In this document: one piece after another, positions 18,462 through 28,758 of the stretch
Position numbering within the stretch: position 1 is the first letter of the stretch
Layout of the letters: the number at the start of each line of letters is the position of its first letter
Assembly: GCA_029261215.1 (NCBI GenBank)
Contig: JAJDBT010000017.1
Coordinates: 28-64,027, forward strand
Length of the DNA stretch: 64,000 nt
Direction of reading: 5' to 3'
Origin: Nitrospirota bacterium
GTDB taxonomy: Bacteria; Nitrospirota; Nitrospiria; SBBL01; JAADHI01
Translations under genes and position numbers: made by a program
The notes under the pieces: generated by a model
Told to the model about the DNA's origin: nothing
What the model saw: the letters and a program-made list of their open reading frames with translations, nothing else
Databases searched by the model: none

Positions 18462-19622
18462 ATGGATTTTAACTATACTGAAGAACAAACGATGATTCGC
18501 GACATGGTTCGAAAGTTTGTGGATAATGAAATCAAACCACTGGCCCAACGGATCGACAAAGAACACAACGTGGATCTGGTCAAAACCATCTTTAAAAAAG
18601 GTGCGGCGCTGGGTTTATATGGCATCCCCTTTCCCGAAGCTTATGGCGGCTCCGGCATGGGAGAGACCGGCTATTGTATTTTAATTGAAGAGTTGTCACG
18701 CGGCTGCGCCTCCACCAGCGTAACCATTGGCGCACATATCGGTTTGGCAGGCATGTCCATCCTGCTGGGTGGAAACGATGCACAAAAACAAAAATACCTG
18801 AGGCCCCTTGCAGCCGGAGAAAAAATTGGTGCCTATGCTTTGACAGAACCCGGTGCGGGTTCCGATGCCGCCAACCTGCAGCTTACCGCCAAAGAGGAGG
18901 GAGACGACTATGTCCTCAACGGCACAAAACTCTGGATCACCAATGGCGACATCGCGGATATTGTCGTGGTTTACGGTTTGACCAATCCGGAATTAAAAGC
19001 ACGCGGCGGGATCACCGCCTTTATCGTGGAAACCGATATACCCGGTTTCTCCGCCAACCGCATCGAAGACAAAATGGGATTACGAGGTTCGGCGACGGCT
19101 GAACTGGTGTTTGAAGATGTCCGTGTCCCCAAAGAAAATGTTCTGGGTCAAGTCGGAATGGGTTTTGTCATCGCAATGGAAACACTTGATGAGTCCCGAC
19201 TCTCACTCGCGGCGGCTTGTATTGGGGCCGCCAAGGAAGTGCTGGGCATGTCCATTGATTTTTCAAAAAAACGGATCGCCTTTCAACAGCCCATCGCCCA
19301 TTTTCAAGCCATTCAATTTATGATCGCCGATATGACCGCAGAAATTTATCAGATGGAATCGATTGTGTATCGCACGGCCTGGCTTTACGACCAGGGGAAA
19401 AAGATTCCGAGGGAAGGCGCGATTTGCAAACTGTTCTGCTCAGAGGCTTTGGACCGCATTGTGGATAAGGCGGTTCAGATTCATGGCGGAAACGGTTTCA
19501 TGGGAGAGCATCCGGTCGAGCGGTTTTACAGGGATTCCCGAGTCAACCGTATTTTTGAAGGCACCAGTGAAATTCAGCGCATGGTCATTGCCGAAGATGT
19601 GCTCAAAAAAGGGAGTTACTAA
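18462..19622 (+). CDS. Acyl-CoA dehydrogenase
   Basis: GAYALTEPGAGSD and QIHGGNGFMGEHPVERFYRD..IFEGTSEIQ signatures. Confidence 0.95.
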   Translation: MDFNYTEEQTMIRDMVRKFVDNEIKPLAQRIDKEHNVDLVKTIFKKGAALGLYGIPFPEAYGGSGMGETGYCILIEELSRGCASTSVTIGAHIGLAGMSILLGGNDAQKQKYLRPLAAGEKIGAYALTEPGAGSDAANLQLTAKEEGDDYVLNGTKLWITNGDIADIVVVYGLTNPELKARGGITAFIVETDIPGFSANRIEDKMGLRGSATAELVFEDVRVPKENVLGQVGMGFVIAMETLDESRLSLAAACIGAAKEVLGMSIDFSKKRIAFQQPIAHFQAIQFMIADMTAEIYQMESIVYRTAWLYDQGKKIPREGAICKLFCSEALDRIVDKAVQIHGGNGFMGEHPVERFYRDSRVNRIFEGTSEIQRMVIAEDVLKKGSY

Positions 19623-19624
19623 AC

Positions 19625-20419
19625 ATGAAGATTGCGGTCTGCATCAAACAGGTGCCTGCCTCCGAATCCAAAATCCGTCCTTCTGCCGATGGAAAAGGAA
19701 TCGATCCGGCGGGCCTTTCCTACGTCGTCAATCCCTATGATGAATTCGGGGTTGAAGAAGCCCTTAAAATCAAGGAACAGTTGGGGGAAGGCACAGTCAC
19801 TGCGATCAGCATCGGGACGGCAAAGGTCTCAGAAGCCCTCCGCACCTGTCTGGCTGTGGGTGTTGATCAAGCCATTCATATTCAGGACCCCGCCACCGAA
19901 GGCAGCGACGGACTGACGATTGCCCGCATCCTTACTGCGGCCCTTCAAAAAGAGTCCTACGACCTGATCTTTTTTGGACGACAGGCCATTGATGATGACA
20001 GCGGTGCCATCGGCATTTACGTGGCGGAATTCATGGGACTGCCGCATGTGGCAGGCATCAATAAACTTAAAATACTGGCGGAAGATTATCGCGCTGTAGC
20101 GAACCGCCAGATCGAAGGCGCGACAGAGGTGATCGAAACCGCGCTTCCGGCGGTCTTCACCTGCCAAAAAGAATTGAATGAACCCCGTTATGCCTCTCTG
20201 CCCGGAATTATGAAAGCCAAACAGAAACCCCTGACCGTCTGGACTCTTTCAGATCTTGGCATTGCCCCGGATACGGTGGGTTCAGGCCATGCCAAGGTCA
20301 CCGAGGATCAGCTTTCGTCCCCCCCTACCCGTAGCGCAGGCAAAATCATTGAAGGCAATGCAAGCGAAGCGGTTTCAGAATTGGTCCGGCTACTTCGAGA
20401 AGAAGCAAAAGTCTTCTAA
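19625..20419 (+). CDS. etfB: Electron transfer flavoprotein, beta subunit
   Basis: MKIAVCIKQVP N-terminus, DLIFFGRQAIDDDSG, and the PRYASLPGIMKAKQKP recognition-loop region. Confidence 0.95.
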   Translation: MKIAVCIKQVPASESKIRPSADGKGIDPAGLSYVVNPYDEFGVEEALKIKEQLGEGTVTAISIGTAKVSEALRTCLAVGVDQAIHIQDPATEGSDGLTIARILTAALQKESYDLIFFGRQAIDDDSGAIGIYVAEFMGLPHVAGINKLKILAEDYRAVANRQIEGATEVIETALPAVFTCQKELNEPRYASLPGIMKAKQKPLTVWTLSDLGIAPDTVGSGHAKVTEDQLSSPPTRSAGKIIEGNASEAVSELVRLLREEAKVF

Positions 20420-20485
20420 TTTTTAAAAATCGGGCTGACATTGTTTGCATGATTGCATTGAGCAACGCACAAAGAGGAGATTGAT

Positions 20486-21475
20486 ATGGCCAATATTCTG
20501 GTCTTTGCGGAACAACGAGAAGGAAAAGTGAAACGTGTGGCCTTACAGGCGCTTGGCACAGCCAGATCACTTGCATCCGAAGGCGATCACGTCGTCGCAG
20601 TCCTCATCGGAGAAAATATTTCCAGTCAGACTGAATTGTTGTCTTCCGGCGGCGCGGACAAAATCTACATGACCGAGGACACGCAGTTGAGTGCTTATTC
20701 CTCAGAAGCCTATGGCACGGTTGTTTCGGAAATTGCGAAAAAAGAAGCGGCTTCATTGATTTTAATGGGCGCGACCGCAATGGGGAAAGACCTCGGCCCA
20801 AAAATCGCCGCAAGACTCGAAGGCCCGTTTGCAGGAGACTGTATCAAACTGGCCCTGAACGATGAGGGCATGTTTATCGCTACCCGGCCTGTTTACGGGG
20901 GAAAAGCCCTTTCAAGCGTATCAAGCCACCAACACACCTTCCAGGTCGTGACACTTCGGCCAAACGTTTTCCCTGTCATTTCCGAACCCGCCTCAACACA
21001 GGCACTGATTGAACCCTGGACAGAAAAGCCGGATTTTTCAGGCTTAAAGGCGATCATGAAAGAAGTGCTCTCTACCGCAGGTTCTAAAGTGGAGTTAAGC
21101 GAAGCCACCATTATTGTTTCGGGAGGCCGTGGTTTGAAATCGCCCGAGCATTTTTCCATCATTGAAGCCCTCGCCGAAGCGCTCGGAGCGGCAGTCGGAG
21201 CTTCCCGTGCCGCCGTAGATGCAGGCTGGAAACCACATAGCTATCAGGTCGGGCTGACCGGAAAAACCGTGACGCCAACGCTTTATATCGCATGCGGGAT
21301 TTCCGGAGCGATCCAGCATCTGGCGGGCATGTCTTCTTCAAAATACATCGTGGCGATCAATAAAGATCCAAACGCCCCGATTTTCAAAATTGCAAACTAC
21401 GGGATCGTCGGAGACCTCTTTGAAATTGTGCCCCTCTTGACCGAGGCGGTTAAAAAAATAAAAAATGAGGCGTAA
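20486..21475 (+). CDS. etfA: Electron transfer flavoprotein, alpha subunit
   Basis: [48 protein letters not shown] and [13 protein letters not shown] signatures. Confidence 0.95.
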   Translation: MANILVFAEQREGKVKRVALQALGTARSLASEGDHVVAVLIGENISSQTELLSSGGADKIYMTEDTQLSAYSSEAYGTVVSEIAKKEAASLILMGATAMGKDLGPKIAARLEGPFAGDCIKLALNDEGMFIATRPVYGGKALSSVSSHQHTFQVVTLRPNVFPVISEPASTQALIEPWTEKPDFSGLKAIMKEVLSTAGSKVELSEATIIVSGGRGLKSPEHFSIIEALAEALGAAVGASRAAVDAGWKPHSYQVGLTGKTVTPTLYIACGISGAIQHLAGMSSSKYIVAINKDPNAPIFKIANYGIVGDLFEIVPLLTEAVKKIKNEA

Positions 21476-21557
21476 TTGGTGAATATCATGCTGTCAGCCA
21501 CTTTGCCTAATACAGGACAGACCTGTATGATCAATTCATCCACTGGGGAGTATTTTC

Positions 21558-22868
21558 TTGTCTGATAAATTTGATGTCATTATTGTAGGAGCCGGTCCTT
21601 CCGGCTCCGCCGCTGCGCTGACGCTGGCAAAAGCCGGACTCTCTGTTGTTGTTTTTGAACGGGGTGAGTATCCCGGTGCAAAAAACATGTTCGGAGGCGT
21701 GCTCTATACCCCTATTTTGAATCGACTTGTTCCAAATTTTTGGGAAGAGGCGCCGATTGAACGGCATATTACAAAACGACGTTTCGGCCTGCTCTCCGAA
21801 GGTTCGGAAGCCGCCTTTGAATATCGTTGCGAAGACTTCAATACAAGTCCGCCTTACAATCAAAGCTTTTCAGCGCTTCGTGCTCAATTCGACCCCTGGC
21901 TGGCTAAAAAGGCGGAAGAAGCTGGCGCCATGATTATCCCCGAAACCGTTGTGGATGACCTGATTTGGAAAGATGGCAAAGTATGCGGTGTGAAAGCCCG
22001 TCGCGAAGGAGGAGAGGTTGAAGCCGATGTTGTCATCGCGGCGGACGGCGTCAATTCATTCTTGGCTAAAAAAAGCGGACTGAGAAAAGCCTTTACCTGG
22101 AATGTTCTGGCCGTTGCGGCGAAAGAAGTGATCGCACTGCCAAGAGAAACCATCGAAGACCGTTTTTCACTTGAAGGCGATGAAGGCGTTGCGATGGAGT
22201 TTTTTGGAGACGCGGTCGCAGGAATGGTCGGTGCAGGATTTATCTATACCAACAAAGAGACGCTTTCAGTCGGAGTCGCCTGTACCATCAATGCCTTCAT
22301 CGACAAAAAGATTGTCCCGAATGATCTCCTTGAGCGTTTCAAGGCCCATCCAAGTATTCGACGTTTGATTCGAAAAGGCGAAACCCTTGAATATTCCGGC
22401 CACATGATCCCTGAGGGTGGCTATAATCAAGTGCCTGAAATTATTACAGACGGGCTTGTTTTGGTCGGAGATGCGGCCCATTTGGTGAATGCGTCTTTTT
22501 ATCATGAAGGGACGAATCTTGCGATGGCCTCAGGGCTTTATGCGGCTGAAACAATCATTGAAGCAAAAGAGAAAGGAGATTTTTCTCAAAAAGGCTTGCA
22601 AGGCTATCGAACAAAGCTTGAGGAAAGTTTTGTTTTAAAAGATATTAAAAAATACAGATTGGTCGAGTCTTGGGCAAATAAAAATCCCAAATTTTTTAAG
22701 GAATACCCGGATCTGGCGCTTGATTTGTTGAAGGATTATTTTACGATCTCTGAAAAACCGAAAGAAACCATTCAAAAAGAATTAACAAAAAAGTTCCGAT
22801 CCAAAATCAAACTCCTTCGTACAATGGTGGAACTCAATCAGTTTAGAAAGACCTTTTTTTCTTCCTGA
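21558..22868 (+). CDS. FixC-like FAD-dependent ETF-quinone oxidoreductase
   Basis: FDVIIVGAGPSGSAAALTLAKAGLSVVVFERG dinucleotide-binding motif, with length and C-terminus typical of FixC. TTG start after GGGGAG. No FixX-like ferredoxin ORF follows. Confidence 0.8.
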   Translation: MSDKFDVIIVGAGPSGSAAALTLAKAGLSVVVFERGEYPGAKNMFGGVLYTPILNRLVPNFWEEAPIERHITKRRFGLLSEGSEAAFEYRCEDFNTSPPYNQSFSALRAQFDPWLAKKAEEAGAMIIPETVVDDLIWKDGKVCGVKARREGGEVEADVVIAADGVNSFLAKKSGLRKAFTWNVLAVAAKEVIALPRETIEDRFSLEGDEGVAMEFFGDAVAGMVGAGFIYTNKETLSVGVACTINAFIDKKIVPNDLLERFKAHPSIRRLIRKGETLEYSGHMIPEGGYNQVPEIITDGLVLVGDAAHLVNASFYHEGTNLAMASGLYAAETIIEAKEKGDFSQKGLQGYRTKLEESFVLKDIKKYRLVESWANKNPKFFKEYPDLALDLLKDYFTISEKPKETIQKELTKKFRSKIKLLRTMVELNQFRKTFFSS

Positions 22869-22887
22869 ATACTCTTCCCCTATTAGC

Positions 22888-24360
22888 CTACGATGCTTTC
22901 CCTGAGACCTGAACCCGATTTCTGCCGTCTTTTTTGGCTTTATAGAGCGCGTCATCGGCCGCTTTAATGAGATCCATTTTGTCTTTAATCGTATCGTCCA
23001 TGCTGACGACCCCCAAACTCATGGTCACTTTTAATGGTTTATTTTCCGTTTTGAATGCATGCGATTCCATATCCACTCGGATTCTTTCGGCAATCTCCAG
23101 CGCATCCTTGATATTCGTATTGGGTGCGATAATCACAAACTCTTCTCCGCCGTAGCGCGCTGGAAAATCGACTTTTCTGACGCTCTTATTGATAATGATC
23201 CCCACCTCTTTGAGCACGCTGTCTCCCTGCAAATGCCCGAGCGTGTCGTTAATCTTCTTAAAGTGATCAATGTCGGAAATAATGAGAGCCAAATCACTAT
23301 TGAAGCGTTTTGCTCTTTCAAATTCTTTTTCGAGGGTTTCCATAAAACATCGTTTATTATAGAGCTTGGTCAGGCCATCCATTATTGCCAATTCTTTCGT
23401 TTCGTCATATAAAAGCATTAGCTTAAAGACGGTGGAAAAATCATGTGCAAGGAGCTGAATGATATTTTCAGTCTTTGGAGCAAAGGCATTTGGCTTCACG
23501 GAAAGAAAGGTCAAATAACCGATACACTCAGTATGAATGTTTAAAGGAACAATGAAGCGGGAAACAATTTTATCTTTTACGTCATTATCAACGGCCAGAC
23601 TGCCTTCAAAAAACAGTGTCTCCATTACAGCACGTTCACTCTCAGAATCGATCATCATCAAGAGATGTTTTTTGACCTTCGCCAATTCTTTTTGAGGAAG
23701 GCTTTTTCTCAGGTCAAAATAGAGTTTTGTACCTTTTCGATCAAAAAGACAGAGACACAAACAGGAATATTCAATAAGACTGCTCGCAAGATCGATCACT
23801 TCTTTTAAAAGATCATTTTTATCATGAATGTAGTTGGCTAATTGCCTTGCTTCACTCGCAAGAGTCGATTCAAAAAGGAGTTTATCCAAAAGACGGTTGA
23901 CATTCGATTTTATGGAACCCCAATCGGTACTCTTTCCTTTTGGCGAAGGTATTTTTTGCCCTGATTTTTTTTCAGGGTCCAAGTGGTCAAGAATTTCTTT
24001 AATCGCTGTTTTAAGATCCGAAATATCCGAACTTTTAACAATATATTGATCCGCGCCCGCGCGGATCCCCCAAAACTTGTCCTGACGTTGATCCAAACTG
24101 GTTAAGAGAATGATGGGAATATGTGACGTCTTTTTGTCATTTTTCAACAAACGGCACAATTGGTAACCATTCAGTTCCGGCATCATGATGTCCGAGATAA
24201 TAATATCGGGTTGATCCATAAATGCCCGGCTCACGCCTTCGATGCCGTCTTCAGCGGTCAAGACCTCAAATCCCATTTTTTTCAAGGCCATTTTGAGGGT
24301 CACCAGCTGGGTTTTGCTGTCATCAACAAGCAATATTCTTTTTATATTCTCTGTGTTCAA
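22888..24360 (-). CDS. Response regulator receiver - GAF-like - GGDEF diguanylate cyclase
   Basis: REC region: ILLVDDS...DIIISDIMMPELNGY...PIILLTS...K. The central ~170 aa look GAF-like. GGDEF domain has RKVD I-site, 5 aa, then GGEEF. Confidence 0.85.
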   Translation of the reverse strand: MNTENIKRILLVDDSKTQLVTLKMALKKMGFEVLTAEDGIEGVSRAFMDQPDIIISDIMMPELNGYQLCRLLKNDKKTSHIPIILLTSLDQRQDKFWGIRAGADQYIVKSSDISDLKTAIKEILDHLDPEKKSGQKIPSPKGKSTDWGSIKSNVNRLLDKLLFESTLASEARQLANYIHDKNDLLKEVIDLASSLIEYSCLCLCLFDRKGTKLYFDLRKSLPQKELAKVKKHLLMMIDSESERAVMETLFFEGSLAVDNDVKDKIVSRFIVPLNIHTECIGYLTFLSVKPNAFAPKTENIIQLLAHDFSTVFKLMLLYDETKELAIMDGLTKLYNKRCFMETLEKEFERAKRFNSDLALIISDIDHFKKINDTLGHLQGDSVLKEVGIIINKSVRKVDFPARYGGEEFVIIAPNTNIKDALEIAERIRVDMESHAFKTENKPLKVTMSLGVVSMDDTIKDKMDLIKAADDALYKAKKDGRNRVQVSGKAS

Positions 24361-24401
24361 ACAAAACCCTTTCTCATTTTAGAATCTCAACAGCATTCTA
24401 A

Positions 24402-27179
24402 TTATAACAGGCGTTTGATTGTTTGGATAAGATTGGATTGATCAAACGAACTTTTTACAATATAAGCATCCGCACCAACATCAATGCCGCGTTTTTTATC
24501 TTCAACGGACTCAAGTGCGGTGACGAGAATCACAGGCTTGTCTTTCAAATGTTTATCCTGTTTTATGAAGTGGGTTAACTCAAGGCCATCCATATTGGGC
24601 ATTTGCACATCACTGACAATGAGGTCAAACTCTTTTTGCTGAAGTTTGTTGAGTGCATCTTCTCCATCAAAAGCAGTCATCACGAGATATCCATAGGATT
24701 CGATGATATTTTTTGTGAGCGTCCGGGTCATGATCGAATCATCCACGACGAGAATCGATTGAACCCGTGTGTGTTTTTGTGAGGGTTTTTCTCTCTTTGT
24801 CGATGTGATCTTTCTCAATTGAACCGTATTGATGATGTCACCCACATTCAAAACGGGAGCGATGGTGCCATCCCGCATAATCGTAACGCCCAATATGTTC
24901 CGAATACGCAGCATATAAGGGCCAAGCCCTTTCATCAAAATTTCTTCTTCTCCTAAAAAAAGATCAATGCCAAAAGCGGCTAAAACTCTCCCTGACTTTA
25001 AAATAGCCACTGATTTTTCGACTTCGGTCGTTGCATCTTCTTCTGCTTTTTCGTCCGATAATTCAAGAATTGAGGATAACCGGACATAAGGAATATAAGA
25101 TCCGCAATAATGAATTGCAGGAAACCCCTCGATGACGGGCAGATCATTTTCCACAACTTTAACAATGCGCTCCACCATGCTCACGGGTAAAAAGAAGGTC
25201 TCCCCTGCAACAAAAATTTTGAGTGTCTGTGTCGTACTCAGGGTTAAAGGAATTAGCATGCTAAAGACAGAACCCTGCCCCTCGCGTGTATCAATATCGA
25301 TAGTGCCATTCAGTTTTTCGATATTTGATTTCACGACATCCATTCCGACACCCCTGCCCGAAATATCCGTAATAATTTCATTGGTAGAAAACCCCGGATG
25401 AAAGATCAGGTTCAGAACCTGCTTTTCTTTCATTTGATTGATTTCGTCTGCAGTATAAATCGCTTTTTTAATCGCAGAGGCTCGGATACGTTCCAGGCTG
25501 ATGCCTTTTCCGTCATCCGACACCTTGATCACCGCATTATTCCCTTTTTGAACCGCTTCGACTTTCACGACCCCTGTTTCCGGTTTACCCAGGTTCATGC
25601 GCTCTTCCTGAGACTCAATCCCGTGATCGATGCAGTTGCGAATAATATGCATCAAGGGATCCTTGATGTGTTCCAAAATGTATTTGTCCAACTCAATAGA
25701 CGCACCGAAGGTTTCAAGCTTTACTTTCTTTTTTAAAGAAGATGACAGGTCGCGCACCATTCTGGGAAAAGTGTCCAGTACGGTTTGAAAAGGAAATAAT
25801 CTCGTTTTTCTCACATCATCCTGTAAGCGATCAATGATGATGGAAAATTGGCGATAATCATCAAAAAGTGATTTATGAAGATTTTCCAATTGCTCTGAAA
25901 CATGCGAATATTCTCCGCCTATTTTTTCTAAAAAAGTATGGAATAAATCCGTCTTCTCCTGATCCAGAAAATCATCCCCTGCCCGCTGGGTTTTTCTCGT
26001 CTGCGTGCATTTGTTTTTAATTTCCCGGCTCAGTCCTCCAAAACCGTCGATAATGGACTGTGTGTCCATTAATCGCTGCCGTGCTTTGAGTTTCATGATC
26101 AGCAGTTCACCTGCCTGCCCCATAAGACTATCCAGCTTTTCCGAACTGACACGGACAGAGCTCGCAGTATTCTTTAAAATCGCTTGATGTGACTTTTCAG
26201 TCTTAATTTCTGAAACTGTGACGACAGGCGCTTCTGTCTTTTTTAAATCACGGGGTTTTCGGCCTGCATGATTTTCCTTTGATGCCTTAACTCCCCTATC
26301 CTTGGAGGCATTCGCTTCCTCTGAAAGACGATCAAGCACTGACCAGATTTTTAAATAATTGGAAGGGATTACAGAAGCTTCTTGTTTCTCTACCTGAACA
26401 ATAAAGACCTCTATCAGCTTAGAGGCCTCTAGAAGGCAGACGATCATTTCATTTGAGAAGGTCTTCTTTTTTTCTAAAACCGCCTTGATGAGCTTTTCCA
26501 TTGAAAACGCAAGATCACCCATCTCTTGGTGCTTCACGATGCGCGCACTTCCTTTTAAGGCATGTGCACTTTCAAAAGCCGTCTTCACTTTTTTGGAATC
26601 ATCACCTGTCTTCTCGATTTCGACTAAACTATCGAGTAAAAGAGTACAGGCCATGCGGGTTTCCTCTGAAAAAAGAGATAAATCTCTCTTGATCTCTTTT
26701 TTGATCTCTTTTTTCTTTATTTTTTTTTCAGAAACTGTTTTTTTGATTTTTTTACCGGAGCTGATTTTCTGATCTGAAGCATGTTGTTCAGAAAGCGTTT
26801 TAAGCTCTCTCAGAATACTTGAAGCATCTGCGTCTTCTTCTGCGCCTCCGTTTGAAATTGTCCCCACAATGCGTTCAATCGTATCCAAACCTTTTAAAGT
26901 AAGGGTATTGACGTCTTCAGAGAATTTTAATTCCTCATTTTTTATTTTTCCGAGAATGGTTTCCATGTGATGAGCAATCTCTTCGATCTTCTTTAAATCG
27001 ATCATCCTTGCCGCACCCTTCAAACTGTGGGCTTCACGGAAAATCAACTCAATGAGATCTGATTGCTCTGGATTCTCTTCGAGAGAAATCAAAGCGCGGT
27101 TCAGATTCTGTATGTGCTCATCACACTCGACTTTGAAAATTTCAAATATTTCTTCAAAATCTTCCTGACTTAATGACAT
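24402..27179 (-). CDS. Hybrid chemotaxis histidine kinase CheA (2 x Hpt, dimerisation, HATPase, CheW-like, C-terminal REC)
   Basis: Hpt1 FREAHSLKGAARM and Hpt2 FESAHALKGSARIV. N-box HIIRNCIDHGIE, G1 DDGKGI, G2 GRGVGMDVV. P5 CheW-like region. C-terminal REC: ILVVDDS...DLIVSDVQMPNMDG...PVILVTAL...K. Confidence 0.9.
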   Translation of the reverse strand: MSLSQEDFEEIFEIFKVECDEHIQNLNRALISLEENPEQSDLIELIFREAHSLKGAARMIDLKKIEEIAHHMETILGKIKNEELKFSEDVNTLTLKGLDTIERIVGTISNGGAEEDADASSILRELKTLSEQHASDQKISSGKKIKKTVSEKKIKKKEIKKEIKRDLSLFSEETRMACTLLLDSLVEIEKTGDDSKKVKTAFESAHALKGSARIVKHQEMGDLAFSMEKLIKAVLEKKKTFSNEMIVCLLEASKLIEVFIVQVEKQEASVIPSNYLKIWSVLDRLSEEANASKDRGVKASKENHAGRKPRDLKKTEAPVVTVSEIKTEKSHQAILKNTASSVRVSSEKLDSLMGQAGELLIMKLKARQRLMDTQSIIDGFGGLSREIKNKCTQTRKTQRAGDDFLDQEKTDLFHTFLEKIGGEYSHVSEQLENLHKSLFDDYRQFSIIIDRLQDDVRKTRLFPFQTVLDTFPRMVRDLSSSLKKKVKLETFGASIELDKYILEHIKDPLMHIIRNCIDHGIESQEERMNLGKPETGVVKVEAVQKGNNAVIKVSDDGKGISLERIRASAIKKAIYTADEINQMKEKQVLNLIFHPGFSTNEIITDISGRGVGMDVVKSNIEKLNGTIDIDTREGQGSVFSMLIPLTLSTTQTLKIFVAGETFFLPVSMVERIVKVVENDLPVIEGFPAIHYCGSYIPYVRLSSILELSDEKAEEDATTEVEKSVAILKSGRVLAAFGIDLFLGEEEILMKGLGPYMLRIRNILGVTIMRDGTIAPVLNVGDIINTVQLRKITSTKREKPSQKHTRVQSILVVDDSIMTRTLTKNIIESYGYLVMTAFDGEDALNKLQQKEFDLIVSDVQMPNMDGLELTHFIKQDKHLKDKPVILVTALESVEDKKRGIDVGADAYIVKSSFDQSNLIQTIKRLL

Positions 27180-27196
27180 TGACCTATATCCACAGA

Positions 27197-28714
27197 TTAT
27201 AATTCGTGAGGAAAATCTTCGAGTTCCTGAATTTTATGATCAATTAATTGTTGTAGCTCCCGAATCGAAGTCACTGATTCTTTCGTTGCAAAGGCTGATT
27301 CCTGCATTCCCTGGTTAATTTGCCCCATCGCCTCGGTCACTTGATCATTGGCCAGAGATTCCTGACGAGATGAGATCACAATTTCATTCGCTGCATCTGC
27401 AGTCGCTTTGATTGTTTCTATCGCCGCCGTAATGGTCGCACCGGCCTGCAGAATGTGTTTGACCCCAAGATCAACCTTTTTACCACCTTCTTCAGTGGTC
27501 ATGACTGTCGAATTGACGGAATTTTGGATTTCCTGAATCAGGGCTTCAATCTTTTCAGCCGCCTTTTTGCTCTGGTCAGCCAGGGACCTCACTTCGGAGG
27601 CCACCACGGCAAATCCTTTTCCGTGCTCTGCCGCTTTTGCGGCCTCAATGGCCGCATTGACGGCCAACATGTCTGTTTTGTTGGCGATATCCCCGACCAC
27701 ATTGATAATGGCCCCGATTTGATTTGTATTTTCACTCAAGGTCAAGACATCTTCCGCGATGTCCGCCACCTTCTTTTTAATATTGTTCATTTCAGAAATA
27801 CTTTCTTCAATCGCACTCTGCCCTTCATAGGCGACGGAAAGTGCATCATTAGACTGTTTTGCAAGAGACTCGGCTTTTGCTTTGACCTGCTTGGAAGAAG
27901 CGTTCAATTCTTCAATAGTCGCTGTAATTTCATTGACAGAAGACGCTTGCTCAGAGGTGATCTGATCCTGACTTCCTGCAGCATTGGATATTGTGGATAT
28001 TGCACGAGATATGGGTTTAATGACTTCTTTGTTTATTAGTAAACTCATCACAATCCCGACTAAAACAATGACGACAACAGATGAAATGATGGCCCATAAA
28101 ATATTTTTATTGATCGCGGCGATCATTGCCGTTTTTGACGTTGATATTTGGAGGATACTCCGCACCGGATCCTGTTCATATCCGTGACACAAAATACATC
28201 TTTGGTCTTTTAAAATAGGAACCAGCCGCGTTAGTACCCGCTCACCGTCAATCTCTTCCTCATAAGACACAGGTCTTTCGGTCGCCACAGCTTCTTTAAA
28301 CTGTGCCATTTTTGTTTCATCAAATTTTTCAGGAATTTTTTTTGAGGTTCTTAGAGGAAACTTTTCAAATTGCAGCCATTTATTCACATCTTTTCTTGTC
28401 TCATTGTCAATAAATGCCGCAACCCCGTCTCTACGATAATCTTTCAGCTCAATGAGACCATTGGAATGTTTAATACCTTCAAGCCAACCGATCACAATTG
28501 GGGCATTGCCAGTCACCATCGCATTTTTTATGCCTTCAACGATGACATTTGCAAGTAATTCGCTATTGTTGTTTTCGGCGTTTTTGATGTTTTCAATATT
28601 GTTTCTTATTGAAAAAAAGGAAATAAAACCCAAACCGACCGTAAGGGTCAATACAATAATGAGAATCAATTTTTTTTGCATTGTTGTTTTTGTATTTGAA
28701 AAAACTTGTTTCAT
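27197..28714 (-). CDS. Methyl-accepting chemotaxis protein with a periplasmic CXXCH (c-type heme) sensor domain
   Basis: Two TM segments bracket a ~170-aa periplasmic domain that contains C173-I-L-C-H177. Signalling hairpin tip: NAAIEAAKAAEHGKGFAVVASEVRSLADQS. Confidence 0.9.
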   Translation of the reverse strand: MKQVFSNTKTTMQKKLILIIVLTLTVGLGFISFFSIRNNIENIKNAENNNSELLANVIVEGIKNAMVTGNAPIVIGWLEGIKHSNGLIELKDYRRDGVAAFIDNETRKDVNKWLQFEKFPLRTSKKIPEKFDETKMAQFKEAVATERPVSYEEEIDGERVLTRLVPILKDQRCILCHGYEQDPVRSILQISTSKTAMIAAINKNILWAIISSVVVIVLVGIVMSLLINKEVIKPISRAISTISNAAGSQDQITSEQASSVNEITATIEELNASSKQVKAKAESLAKQSNDALSVAYEGQSAIEESISEMNNIKKKVADIAEDVLTLSENTNQIGAIINVVGDIANKTDMLAVNAAIEAAKAAEHGKGFAVVASEVRSLADQSKKAAEKIEALIQEIQNSVNSTVMTTEEGGKKVDLGVKHILQAGATITAAIETIKATADAANEIVISSRQESLANDQVTEAMGQINQGMQESAFATKESVTSIRELQQLIDHKIQELEDFPHEL

Positions 28715-28758
28715 TACTCACCTCCAAAAACGGGAGAAATCAATTCACTCAATTCGCT

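Noticed and set aside
26690-26770. Homopolymer runs inside cheA: T9 at 26720-26728 (A9 on the coding strand, containing an A-AAA-AAA slippery heptamer) plus two T7 runs. I considered a phase-variation or programmed-frameshift site.
   Set aside because: The runs simply encode the Lys-rich inter-Hpt linker (SEKKIKKKEIKKEIK). The reading frame is intact through the region, and there is no alternative downstream frame or stimulatory structure. Worth remembering only if sequencing shows length heterogeneity.
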